From a virus, in the UHGV virus genome UHGV-0357162: DNA of 40,644 bases; one strand, 5' to 3'. Positions within the stretch are counted from its first letter, which is position 1; each line of letters starts with the position of its first letter. This document shows, in pieces, positions 8,226 through 16,540 of the stretch. The notes below the pieces were generated by a model. That model worked only from the letters and a program-made list of their open reading frames with translations. It did not search any database and was not told where the DNA came from. A program made the translations under genes and the position numbers.

Positions 8226-10267
8226 TGTTTTATTCAGCCAATGAGCTGGCCGGTCTTCCTGGTTTGCCCGGTACAGTTCAGGGGGTGCGCTGGACGCTCA
8301 ATCGGATCACAGAGACGCACCCAGAATGGAAGCGCAAGCGCGAAGGCACCAAAGCATTCGAGTATCACATCGACTGCCTGCCCGCTGAAGCGCAGAAAGT
8401 TTTACGTAAGCGCCTGACTCATCAGGTCCTGGAAGATGCACAACTGCCCGCCGTAGTTGAGCAGAAAGCAGTTAAAAACGTCGCCGTTCGCGATGAACTG
8501 GAGGTGATGGTCAAATGCCCGGAGCTGGCATTACGCGAAGTCCAGTCACTGACCGACAAGCAAAAGGCCATCGCTGATGCGCGGATATTGCTGGCTACTG
8601 AAGTGCATAAGCTGCGCGAGTATGCCGGAATGACCAGGAAGGCCGCTTTAAAGCACATCGTTGATGGTGTGCGCATGGGGGCGTTACCTGACCGCATTAT
8701 CGAAGCAGCGAATACTGCAAATGCACGTCAGGGAAAGCGAACCGGTGTCAGCACCGGCAGCCTGGATAGCTGGTACTCCAGCTGGGTGATGGCGCGCGGT
8801 GATGCCAATCAGTTACTGGCGTTACTGGCTCCCGGTCATCATAAGGGAACACCGTGGGAGCAGGTCTGGTGGTTGAGCGATTTCTTTATGTTCTATCGCT
8901 CATGGAAGCGCCCGACTGTTGAATATGCGTATCGTGAGTTTTCAGCCTGGTGGCATGAAAAACACGCGAATGATGCGGGAATGCTGGCGGCACTGCCTTC
9001 AGTTCACGCAGTAAGACGGGTGTTAAGCAGCGTCCCGGTGATTGTTAAAGAGCGTTTCCGCTCCACCGGTTCAGCCTGGCGTTCGCTCAATCCCTTTGTG
9101 CGGCGCGACTGGACATCATTACCGGTTAATGCGGTATGGGTCGGGGATGGTCACTGTATGAAAATGACCGCGTTTAACCCCCTGACCGGCAATATTTTCC
9201 GGCCAGAAGTGACGCTGGTTATGGATGCGGGGCAACGCTTTGTTGTGGGCTGGTCACTGTCCCTGTCGGAGAACGTGATAGCCGTTGCTGATGCGTTACG
9301 TTACGGCATGGCGCAGCACGGGATACCGCTGATTTATTACTCCGATAACGGGGGCGGTGAAAAAAACCGGGTGCTTGATGCCGATATTACCGGGATTCTG
9401 CCCCGGCTGGGTGTGGAACATCACACGGGGATACCAGGTAACCCGCAGGGGCGCGGGGTGATTGAACGGGCAAACAAAGGAATACCCAAAGACGTGGCTC
9501 TGAGTTTCCAGACGTACTGCGCAAGGGATGCAGACAAGGAAACCGTAATGATGCAGCAACGGATTATGCAGTCAGCCATTAAGGCCACCCACAAAGGGAA
9601 AGAACTGACAAAACGGCAGGTTAAGGCGAGGGATGAAATCCCCACCTTTGAGCAACTGCTGGCAGCCATAGAGCTGGAGGTCAGACGCTATAACAACCGG
9701 CCACACAGCAGCCTACCCCGCAAAGAGGATGGCGAATATTACAGCCCGGCAGCGTATCGCCGGAAACTGATAAAAGAGCAGAATGTTGAAATTGATTTCC
9801 TGTCGCCGGAAGAACTGCATGAAATGTTCAGACCGGAAGTGACGCGCAAAACATTTCGCGGGGAAATTCAGTTATTCAACAATATTTATTACTCATATGA
9901 TCTGGCCGCAGAGCACGGGAATGAAGTCAGGGTCAGTTACGATATTCATGATGCAAACAGCGTCATTGTCCGGCGGGCTGATGGCTCTTATATCTGCGAT
10001 GCCATCTGGAACGGTAACAAGGTTGATGCCTTCGCTAAACCAGTTATCGAACAAAAACTGGAGAAACGCGTCAGGGGCCGCATTGCACGGGCTACGCAGA
10101 AAATCGAAGAGGCTAAACGCGAGCTTACCCCGGCTATTACGCAGAAGCCTGACTTTAATCTGGGATATGGACTGGAGCGCCCGGAGAAAAAGGAAAAAGA
10201 AGAACTTTATTTATTCGCATCTGAACGCGAGCGCAATTTAAAGAAAAACGGCACAAACAACCGTTAA
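8225..10267 (+). CDS. A: Mu A-type DDE transposase
   Basis: 680 aa; N-terminus ANELAGLPGLPGTVQGV resembles the MuA DNA-binding N-terminus; DDE-core-like VWVGDGHCMKM; followed by the MuB-like ATPase. Confidence 0.9.
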   Translation: MFYSANELAGLPGLPGTVQGVRWTLNRITETHPEWKRKREGTKAFEYHIDCLPAEAQKVLRKRLTHQVLEDAQLPAVVEQKAVKNVAVRDELEVMVKCPELALREVQSLTDKQKAIADARILLATEVHKLREYAGMTRKAALKHIVDGVRMGALPDRIIEAANTANARQGKRTGVSTGSLDSWYSSWVMARGDANQLLALLAPGHHKGTPWEQVWWLSDFFMFYRSWKRPTVEYAYREFSAWWHEKHANDAGMLAALPSVHAVRRVLSSVPVIVKERFRSTGSAWRSLNPFVRRDWTSLPVNAVWVGDGHCMKMTAFNPLTGNIFRPEVTLVMDAGQRFVVGWSLSLSENVIAVADALRYGMAQHGIPLIYYSDNGGGEKNRVLDADITGILPRLGVEHHTGIPGNPQGRGVIERANKGIPKDVALSFQTYCARDADKETVMMQQRIMQSAIKATHKGKELTKRQVKARDEIPTFEQLLAAIELEVRRYNNRPHSSLPRKEDGEYYSPAAYRRKLIKEQNVEIDFLSPEELHEMFRPEVTRKTFRGEIQLFNNIYYSYDLAAEHGNEVRVSYDIHDANSVIVRRADGSYICDAIWNGNKVDAFAKPVIEQKLEKRVRGRIARATQKIEEAKRELTPAITQKPDFNLGYGLERPEKKEKEELYLFASERERNLKKNGTNNR

Positions 10268-10285
10268 TTTAAAAGGTATTTAATT

Positions 10286-11179
10286 ATGAGTTTAATTACG
10301 CAATTAAATGACGTAATGGCCCGTCGCGGCTATACGCAGACCCACGTCGCCCGTGCTATTGGTCGTAGCAGCGCCGTTATCAACCAGTATTTACAGGGTA
10401 AATATCAGGGCGATATGGCTGATATTGAAGAACGCATTTCTGCCTTTGTGACCCGTGAGCGGGAAAAGGAAAACAGCCGCCGTATTAAAGCGAAATTTGT
10501 TGCCACCGGTATGGCTGCCAAAGGACTGGAAGTGCTGGCCTATGCTCACCTGGAATGTGAAATCTGCGTACTGTATGGCGCGGCAGGTCTTGGCAAAACA
10601 ATGATTCTGCGTGAATACGCCGCCAGAAACCGGGATGCGGTCCTGATTGAAGCTGACCCGGGCTATACAGCCAGAACACTGCTTGAGGAGCTGTGCCGCC
10701 AGCTGGGGGTAAAAGTTCGCGGCAATATCCACGAACTGATTGATGCATGTGTGCGAGAACTGCGTGATTCCGGTCGCCTGCTGATGGTGGACGAGGCTGA
10801 ACTGCTCCCCTATCGCGCACTGGAGGTTCTGCGCCGTCTGCATGACAAAGCGGGTATCGGGATTGTCCTGGCGGGTATGCCACGCCTTCTGATTAACCTC
10901 AAGGGACGTCGCGGTGAGTTCGCCCAGTTATACAGCCGTGTGGCGCTGGCGCTTAACCTGGGCGATACGCTGGCGCAGGAAGATTTTAACCAGATAGCCA
11001 CCGGGCTGATGCCGGAAGCAGCAGAACCGGAAATCAGCGAGGCGCTTTATACACGTTCGCTGGGTAATGCCCGCCGCCTGTTCAAACTGGCGCGTGGTGT
11101 GTACCGGATTTGTGATATCAGCGATGCACCGGTCAGTGTGCAGGCCATTGATAAATTCGCAGAAATGTTAATTCACTGA
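10286..11179 (+). CDS. B: Mu B-type AAA+ ATPase target DNA activator
   Basis: 297 aa; Walker A LYGAAGLGKT and Walker B LLMVDEAE; N-terminal HTH; immediately follows the transposase. Confidence 0.85.
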   Translation: MSLITQLNDVMARRGYTQTHVARAIGRSSAVINQYLQGKYQGDMADIEERISAFVTREREKENSRRIKAKFVATGMAAKGLEVLAYAHLECEICVLYGAAGLGKTMILREYAARNRDAVLIEADPGYTARTLLEELCRQLGVKVRGNIHELIDACVRELRDSGRLLMVDEAELLPYRALEVLRRLHDKAGIGIVLAGMPRLLINLKGRRGEFAQLYSRVALALNLGDTLAQEDFNQIATGLMPEAAEPEISEALYTRSLGNARRLFKLARGVYRICDISDAPVSVQAIDKFAEMLIH

Positions 11180-11418
11180 TGGAGAACAAGACGATGGACA
11201 AGCAGACCATTAACGCCGTCCGTTCCCGTGCCCGTGTGGCCATCCACACCACTGGTGGTCGTGTAACGGGACAACATCACCGTTTACCTGTGGTTTATGC
11301 CTGCCCGCCCGTGGGTGGTCCTGTATGGCCGGTAACGGAAATCATCCAGAGATTCAGCGGCCTGCGCCGCGTGGTGAAAACATCCTGTATCGACGGCTGC
11401 ACCGTCGTATGGCAATGA
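11179..11418 (+). CDS. hypothetical semi-early protein
   Basis: 79 aa ORF; ATG overlaps the MuB stop (TGATGG). Confidence 0.4.
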   Translation: MENKTMDKQTINAVRSRARVAIHTTGGRVTGQHHRLPVVYACPPVGGPVWPVTEIIQRFSGLRRVVKTSCIDGCTVVWQ

Positions 11419-11430
11419 GAGGAAATCAGA

Positions 11431-11646
11431 ATGGCGGTCAAGTTAGAAGTAATTATCTACACCGATGAAAACGGTACGCTTCGTGTCAGGAGCATGGGGG
11501 CTGTTGATAAAAAAGGATTTACGGATGAAGAGGTCGGGGTAAGACAACGGTTATGGGAGGTAATGAATCAAACGCTTAATAAAGAATTTAACGGCGTTGA
11601 TTTATTTTCTGTTGGCGTGGAACCCTGCGCACATAACACACATTAA
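11431..11646 (+). CDS. hypothetical semi-early protein
   Basis: 71 aa ORF with GAGG-type RBS. Confidence 0.4.
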   Translation: MAVKLEVIIYTDENGTLRVRSMGAVDKKGFTDEEVGVRQRLWEVMNQTLNKEFNGVDLFSVGVEPCAHNTH

Positions 11647-11675
11647 TCTGTAAATATCACTGAGGTAATTTAATT

Positions 11676-12320
11676 ATGACGACTGAAAATAAAGTTAAGC
11701 AATACACGAAAACTCAAGCGCCTGAAGGTTACTGGGTGGATGCCCGTGGCGTAATGACACCTGAAAGCCTTATCAAAGATATTGACCGCGACCGCGAGCA
11801 GCTGGTCGGTGAGATTGTGGAACTGGTGATTGCTGCCTCCGCCTCACTGCGTGAACTGAAACTACGTGCCTTTGGTGATATCCAGGCATTTATTGACCTG
11901 TCGGCGGAGAAATACGGCGCAGTGAAAGGTGGCAAAAAAGGCAATATCACGCTTTACAGCTTTGACGGGCGTTACAAGATTCAGCGCGCCATGCAGGACC
12001 GTATCGCGTTTGATGAACGCATTCAGACCGCGAAGTCGCTGATTGATGACTGTCTGGCTGACTGGACGGAAGGTGCGCGCCCTGAAATTAAAGCCATCAT
12101 TAGCGAGGCATTCAGCACGGACAAGGAAGGCAACATTAACACCGGGCGCGTTCTGGCCCTGCGTCGTCTGGAAATTGAGGACGAACGCTGGAATAACGCT
12201 ATGACGCTGATTGGTGAAGCCGTCCAGGTGATTGGCAGCAAGAGCTATATTCGTGTGTATGAGCGCGTCGGTGATTCTGATGAATACCGCGCAATCCCGC
12301 TTGATATTGCAGGGGTTTAA
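11676..12320 (+). CDS. Mu-like semi-early protein (DUF3164-like)
   Basis: 214 aa; size and position typical of DUF3164 proteins of Mu-like prophages; family assignment by recollection only. Confidence 0.45.
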   Translation: MTTENKVKQYTKTQAPEGYWVDARGVMTPESLIKDIDRDREQLVGEIVELVIAASASLRELKLRAFGDIQAFIDLSAEKYGAVKGGKKGNITLYSFDGRYKIQRAMQDRIAFDERIQTAKSLIDDCLADWTEGARPEIKAIISEAFSTDKEGNINTGRVLALRRLEIEDERWNNAMTLIGEAVQVIGSKSYIRVYERVGDSDEYRAIPLDIAGV

Positions 12321-12321
12321 C

Positions 12322-12555
12322 ATGCATCAGGATATCAAAGAGTACAGGGCCGGAAATAGTTGCGCGGCGTATTCGCTGGGCGCGTCCAGAGCAGAACAAC
12401 GCGGCGATTATGACGAGGCAGAAAAACTGTGGCGCAAGGCAGCGCAAAGCCCGTGTAGCACCCTGCGCCGCATCTGGGCTGAACATCGTGCGGAGTTCTG
12501 CGCTAACGCTCACCTGAAGGGCTGGAGGCCACGCCATGAATGCGAAGAACTTTAA
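12322..12555 (+). CDS. hypothetical small helical protein
   Basis: 77 aa from ATG 12322 (MHQDIKEYRAGNS...GDYDEAEKLWRKAAQS); the longer track ORF 12232..12555 overlaps the previous gene. Confidence 0.4.
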   Translation: MHQDIKEYRAGNSCAAYSLGASRAEQRGDYDEAEKLWRKAAQSPCSTLRRIWAEHRAEFCANAHLKGWRPRHECEEL

Positions 12556-12727
12556 TAAGCAGTATCCGGTAGGGACTCGCTTCATGCACACTGCACATCC
12601 GGCGTTGCGTGGTGGTCGTGTGGTGAAAACCGTTTCACCTGCCAGAGATTTTAAATGTGGTTGTGTGGTTGAAATTAATGTCGAGCCTTATTTCGTTAAA
12701 GTCGAAACACTGAAAGCAGCGCATTAA
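12536..12727 (+). CDS. hypothetical protein
   Basis: 63 aa ORF overlapping the upstream stop. Confidence 0.35.
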   Translation: MNAKNFNKQYPVGTRFMHTAHPALRGGRVVKTVSPARDFKCGCVVEINVEPYFVKVETLKAAH

Positions 12728-12756
12728 TTTAATTCAATTTTAATTGTTATTTAAAA

Positions 12757-12790
12757 CAGGCGTAAACCCGCCAGGGCTGGCTTACGCCTG
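12757..12790 (-). terminator. stem-loop terminator for the antisense gene 12831..13091
   Basis: CAGGCGTAA ... TTACGCCTG outer stem with inner GCCAG/CTGGC stem; T-rich run follows on the minus strand. Confidence 0.45.
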
Positions 12791-12830
12791 AATCAAGAGG
12801 ATTTATATATGAGAGATAAAATCTGGGGCT

Positions 12831-13091
12831 TTATTTATCCTCCGAAGGGGTTTGCAACGGTGTCTGCATCATTATCTCAATCTGTTTTAAATGAGAGAGA
12901 ACGTGTGAAGAGGCCACTGTCTCACCAATATCAGAAAGTCGTTTTACAGCCTGCTGTAACTGGTAAGAAAGAATAGATAAATCGAGAGAGCCCTGGATTT
13001 GCAGGGCTCTGACGGTAGCCAGCCACACGTAATGTGATGCCAGAACTTTTTCATCGGTTGGTGTGAAATCAGGAGTTTCGTTTTTATTCAT
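12831..13091 (-). CDS. hypothetical small protein encoded antisense to the early operon (moron)
   Basis: 86 aa from MNKNETPDF with AAGAGG RBS; AT-rich flanks; divergent from 13177..13893. Confidence 0.45.
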   Translation of the reverse strand: MNKNETPDFTPTDEKVLASHYVWLATVRALQIQGSLDLSILSYQLQQAVKRLSDIGETVASSHVLSHLKQIEIMMQTPLQTPSEDK

Positions 13092-13176
13092 AAAACCTCT
13101 TATTACTTCAACTGAAAAAGAAAACATCACATTACTTAATTTTCTTGCATGAAAAAATGATCGAAAACAACAGGTT

Positions 13177-13893
13177 ATGAACATGAAAGATAAATACATT
13201 GCCAAAATTAAAAAGCTGTTACGCCTTGCAAGAGGAACATCAAGCCCGGAAGAAGCCGCTAACGCTATTGCAAAAGTCCAGGCTTATATGCGCCAGCATG
13301 GCATCAGCGAAAACGACGCGGAATTGTTCGACATTCAGGAAGCTGCCAGCGCAGGTGCGCCGAGTGATGCCAGTACACCGCCGCGTTATATGCACATCCT
13401 GTGTGACCTGGTCTGTAAAGCCTTCGGTGTCGAGTGTTACATCTCCGGCGAATACCGGGCTTCTGGTTCACTCAAACGTTACGTGCGTTTTTATGGTCCT
13501 GACAGTCGCCCGGAAATTGCGGCATACGCGTTTGATGTGCTTTCCCGTCAGATGATGGCTGAACGCAAGAAATATCAGGATAAACACTGCAAACGTTGCG
13601 GCCCGTCCACGCGGGTGGCCCGTGGCGACCAGTTCTGCGAAGGCTGGGTCTTTGGTGCCCGTGATGTCATTGCGGTGTATGACGTCTCCCCGGAAGAAAA
13701 AAGCCGCCTTGAGCTTTACAGAAAGAACCTGCACAGCACTAAGGGACTGCGCGACGGGGATATGCGCACAGCTAAAGCGTGTCGGGGTGCAGAGTTTGCC
13801 GCTACTGCCGGTTTTATCGCCGGGAAAAACGCCAGGCTGCATCAGGGGGTTAATGGTCAGAGCAACAGACCGCTGGCACTGGGGAGGGGGTAA
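13177..13893 (+). CDS. DUF2786-like protein with Cys-rich zinc-finger-like region
   Basis: N-terminus IAKIKKLLRLARGTSSPEEAANAIAKVQAYM matches the DUF2786 pattern; CKRCGP ... C motif; 238 aa. Confidence 0.5.
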   Translation: MNMKDKYIAKIKKLLRLARGTSSPEEAANAIAKVQAYMRQHGISENDAELFDIQEAASAGAPSDASTPPRYMHILCDLVCKAFGVECYISGEYRASGSLKRYVRFYGPDSRPEIAAYAFDVLSRQMMAERKKYQDKHCKRCGPSTRVARGDQFCEGWVFGARDVIAVYDVSPEEKSRLELYRKNLHSTKGLRDGDMRTAKACRGAEFAATAGFIAGKNARLHQGVNGQSNRPLALGRG

Positions 13894-13895
13894 CG

Positions 13896-14123
13896 ATGGC
13901 TTTTAAACTTCTCAGTGTTACCGAAGCAATATACCAGCCTCCCGGAGAACGCCACGAATACAGGATGAATGACGGTAGCGCGGCGGTTGAGTTCCCTAAA
14001 TATCCGGGGGATTCCCGGTGGCGGTTCTATGACAGTGCGGGACGCCGGATTATTAAAAGAACCGTGCACAACGCCATGAAAGCCGCTGTAGAACGTCACA
14101 AAAGGAGGTTTAACTGCAAATGA
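13896..14123 (+). CDS. hypothetical protein
   Basis: 75 aa ORF in operon context. Confidence 0.35.
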   Translation: MAFKLLSVTEAIYQPPGERHEYRMNDGSAAVEFPKYPGDSRWRFYDSAGRRIIKRTVHNAMKAAVERHKRRFNCK

Positions 14124-14344
14124 ATATTGAATTTTATGACTACGGAGTCACCGCAAAAATTATTGTTACCTGCTGGTTCTGGGAGTTCCGCCGCTATTGC
14201 CGGGTTGTGGATGCGGCGCTGTTTGTGGCACCTGAAGTGCGCCATCAGAGTGGCGGTGGCCTTTTAATGAAAACCGTCATCACCGGTAAAACGGTTCCGA
14301 TGTTACGGGCGTTTAAAGTGGCAAAACAGGAGGCGGCGCAGTGA
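14120..14344 (+). CDS. hypothetical protein
   Basis: 74 aa ORF overlapping the upstream stop. Confidence 0.35.
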   Translation: MNIEFYDYGVTAKIIVTCWFWEFRRYCRVVDAALFVAPEVRHQSGGGLLMKTVITGKTVPMLRAFKVAKQEAAQ

Positions 14345-14529
14345 ACCAGCAAACCAGAATAAGCGAGAAGAGCCTGACCAGACTGATTGCCGATGCGGAC
14401 AAGGTGCTGGAGCGGAACACCCCCGTTGCCGATGAGGAATGGTGGCAGGATTTCCGGGCCGCAATGCTGGAACTTCAGGAACGCCGCAGGGCTGGTAGCG
14501 CAGAGCCGATAGTAAATACAGGGGAATGA
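14341..14529 (+). CDS. hypothetical protein
   Basis: 62 aa ORF overlapping the upstream stop. Confidence 0.35.
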   Translation: MNQQTRISEKSLTRLIADADKVLERNTPVADEEWWQDFRAAMLELQERRRAGSAEPIVNTGE

Positions 14530-14533
14530 AACG

Positions 14534-14710
14534 ATGAAAAACCGTAAAGCAAAACGACTTCTTTTACAGCGACCTGTGCGTGTAGTGGAGCTGGTTATCA
14601 GCAACCATAAGATAGCGGTACTCCATCCATTTGGTCAGGTGGCTTTTGCCGCAAAGCGTAAGCCTACTGCGTCACAGAACAGGCGGAATAAAGGGTACGC
14701 AGTACGATGA
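14534..14710 (+). CDS. small basic protein, tandem copy 1 (58 aa)
   Basis: MKNRKAKRLLLQRPVRVVELVISNHKIAVLHPFGQVAFAAKRKPTASQNRRNKGYAVR; AGGGGAA RBS; first 22 nt near-identical to copy 2. Confidence 0.3.
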   Translation: MKNRKAKRLLLQRPVRVVELVISNHKIAVLHPFGQVAFAAKRKPTASQNRRNKGYAVR

Positions 14711-14883
14711 AAAACCGTAAGGCAAAAATTCTGTTAGCTCGCAGAAACGGCTTTGATGTCTGGCGATGGTTGAGGATTAGTAACAGACGAGTGAGATTGA
14801 CGGGGTGTTGCGGGGTGATGGGGCACAGTTGTTGCAAAAAGCCCAGCGCGGCGCAAAACCGCAGGAAAAATCACGGTATGTAA
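14707..14883 (+). CDS. small basic Cys-rich protein, tandem copy 2 (58 aa)
   Basis: MKNRKAKILLARRNGFDVWRWLRISNRRVRLTGCCGVMGHSCCKKPSAAQNRRKNHGM; ATGA overlap with copy 1. Confidence 0.3.
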   Translation: MKNRKAKILLARRNGFDVWRWLRISNRRVRLTGCCGVMGHSCCKKPSAAQNRRKNHGM

Positions 14884-14895
14884 AGGAGGTACCAG

Positions 14896-15306
14896 GTGAA
14901 GAAAATGATTTTTGTGGCGGCATTGCTAACCATTACCCAACATACGCAGGCTTCAGCAGTTATTGTGGCATCTGCCGCTGCGACCACGGCTGCTGTAGCT
15001 GCTGCAAACTCTGCGAATATCGCAAGCCAACAGGAGCGGGATGCTGCTAACGCATCAGCCAGTGCTCTCCCGATTTCTGTTAAGGGCAGTAAGCAACATC
15101 TGGGGTTCATAACGTGCGGTAAGCGTTCTTATGAAGCTGTAGGCTCACTGGGATGTACGGTATATGGCGACAGTGAGAGCAGAGAAATTCCATGGAAAAC
15201 GTGGCCCGGATACGTTCTTGGCTCGAAGCTCCCGGCCAGTTATGAGGTAAACGCCGTGTCGTTTGATCACTATAACGGCGTGGCAACTGTCTATTTCACA
15301 TACTGA
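14896..15306 (+). CDS. secreted protein with signal peptide (moron-like)
   Basis: GTG start after AAGGAGG RBS; MKKMIFVAALLTITQHTQASA signal peptide; Ala/Thr-rich linker; two Cys pairs. Confidence 0.5.
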   Translation: MKKMIFVAALLTITQHTQASAVIVASAAATTAAVAAANSANIASQQERDAANASASALPISVKGSKQHLGFITCGKRSYEAVGSLGCTVYGDSESREIPWKTWPGYVLGSKLPASYEVNAVSFDHYNGVATVYFTY

Positions 15307-15411
15307 GGCCCGGCATGAAATTTTCTGAATCACGGAGCAACAACACGATGAAAGCCATCACCGTAACTCGACGTTCCTGATTTCGCGGGTTGTTTAAACA
15401 GTAATCAAATG

Positions 15412-15457
15412 CAGACCAAAACATGTGTTTTGGTCTGCCAAAAGTGATGTTTTGGTC
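15412..15457. promoter_or_regulatory. operator-like array: perfect 26-bp palindrome CAGACCAAAACATGTGTTTTGGTCTG plus a third TGTTTTGGTC half-site 11 bp downstream
   Basis: Perfect dyad 15412..15437 and direct repeat 15448..15457, spaced about two helical turns; overlaps the start of the next ORF. Confidence 0.4.
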
Positions 15458-15739
15458 ATTATGAAGATTGAACAAATCGGAATGGCAGCTTTCAGGCAAC
15501 AGGCTGAAAGCGGTGGCGTGGATGAGTTCGTCGTGCAGCGGTTCGGTGGTGTGTATCACCTCTTCGCTGTGAATCGCCACGCCGGGGTGTCCTATTTTCT
15601 ACAGGAACGCCGTGGCGATTACAAGACGTGGCTGTCTCTTGATCGTGCCGCCACGTTCCTGTCAGGAATTGGCGTTTCACGTTTTACCGTGCGTTTTGAG
15701 GATAACAAACATGCTGAAAAAGATGATCGGAGCCATTAA
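15425..15739 (+). CDS. hypothetical protein (start uncertain: GTG 15425 or ATG 15461)
   Basis: Track ORF; the 5' end overlaps the palindrome, so ATG 15461 (MKIEQIG) may be the real start. Confidence 0.35.
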   Translation: MFWSAKSDVLVIMKIEQIGMAAFRQQAESGGVDEFVVQRFGGVYHLFAVNRHAGVSYFLQERRGDYKTWLSLDRAATFLSGIGVSRFTVRFEDNKHAEKDDRSH

Positions 15740-16106
15740 AGCCGGTCAGGCGTATCTGGGGTGGGATGATGTCCTTTATCGCCAGACGCTGGCCCGCCTG
15801 ACCGGTAAAACCAGCACCACACGCTGCAACCTCGATGAACTGCGCATCATCCGGGAATACATGCACGAACAGGGATTTCCGCGCAAGGCCCCCGCCGGTA
15901 AAGGTCGCCGCCCTCGTGTTGCAATGAGCAGAAAATCGGTATTATCCAAAATTGAAGCGTTGCTGGCTGATGCCGGTCGTTCCTGGGCGTATGCAGAAGG
16001 ACTGGCATCTCACATGTATAAGCAACATGTGATCGAATGGCTGACGGATGAACAGCTTTTTGGGGTGATGGTGGCGCTGGTTAAAGATTCAAGGAGACGT
16101 AAATGA
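15711..16106 (+). CDS. gemA: GemA-like (Mu gp16 family, DUF1018) protein
   Basis: Start MLKKMIGAIKAGQAYLGWDDVLYRQTLARLTGKTS matches the conserved N-terminal pattern of GemA/gp16-family proteins; the longer track ORF starts at 15612. Confidence 0.55.
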   Translation: MLKKMIGAIKAGQAYLGWDDVLYRQTLARLTGKTSTTRCNLDELRIIREYMHEQGFPRKAPAGKGRRPRVAMSRKSVLSKIEALLADAGRSWAYAEGLASHMYKQHVIEWLTDEQLFGVMVALVKDSRRRK

Positions 16107-16441
16107 AAAAACTGTTATTACTTATTCTGGCTTTATGTTTTACAGGAATATCCCATGCTTCTGATTCTGAGGAAGATTTGATCAAAAAAACATTACAGGG
16201 CGATTATCAGGCACAACGTAATCTGGCTTATTCATACATGAATGGCTGGGATGATATTTCAAAGGATACCATCAGAGGATGCGCTCTCAGGAAGGTTATT
16301 CTCTTAACACAAGCCCAAGCTGACATTGGCGATTATGGAAATGAAGCCATAGATTGCCGAAAAGTGCATCCAACAGATAACCAGAAAGTATGGGAGTATG
16401 TCAGAGGATACCTGGTGTTGATAAACGAGAATAAAAAATAA
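16103..16441 (+). CDS. secreted small protein with signal peptide (moron)
   Basis: MKKLLLLILALCFTGISHA signal peptide; AT-rich; followed by its own terminator. Confidence 0.5.
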   Translation: MKKLLLLILALCFTGISHASDSEEDLIKKTLQGDYQAQRNLAYSYMNGWDDISKDTIRGCALRKVILLTQAQADIGDYGNEAIDCRKVHPTDNQKVWEYVRGYLVLINENKK

Positions 16442-16453
16442 TATGAACAAAAA

Positions 16454-16477
16454 CCTTCGCAAACGCGGAGGTTTTTT
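16454..16477 (+). terminator. rho-independent terminator after the secreted-protein moron
   Basis: CCTTCGC-aaac-GCGGAGG stem (one G-U pair) followed by TTTTTT. Confidence 0.5.
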
Positions 16478-16483
16478 ATGGTC

Positions 16484-16511
16484 TGTACAGGCGATCATGT
16501 ATGGCTATAAT
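16484..16511 (+). promoter_or_regulatory. candidate sigma70 promoter for the mor-like gene
   Basis: TGTACA, 16-nt spacer, TATAAT, about 30 nt upstream of the ATG at 16541. Confidence 0.3.
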
Positions 16512-16540
16512 AACAGTAAGTTATTACCGGAGACGCCATC

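Noticed and set aside
8422-10241. Several minus- and plus-strand ORFs inside the transposase gene (for example 8422..8697, 9296..9559, 9421..9669, 9897..10241)
   Set aside because: Embedded in a well-supported 680-aa transposase frame; typical shadow ORFs.
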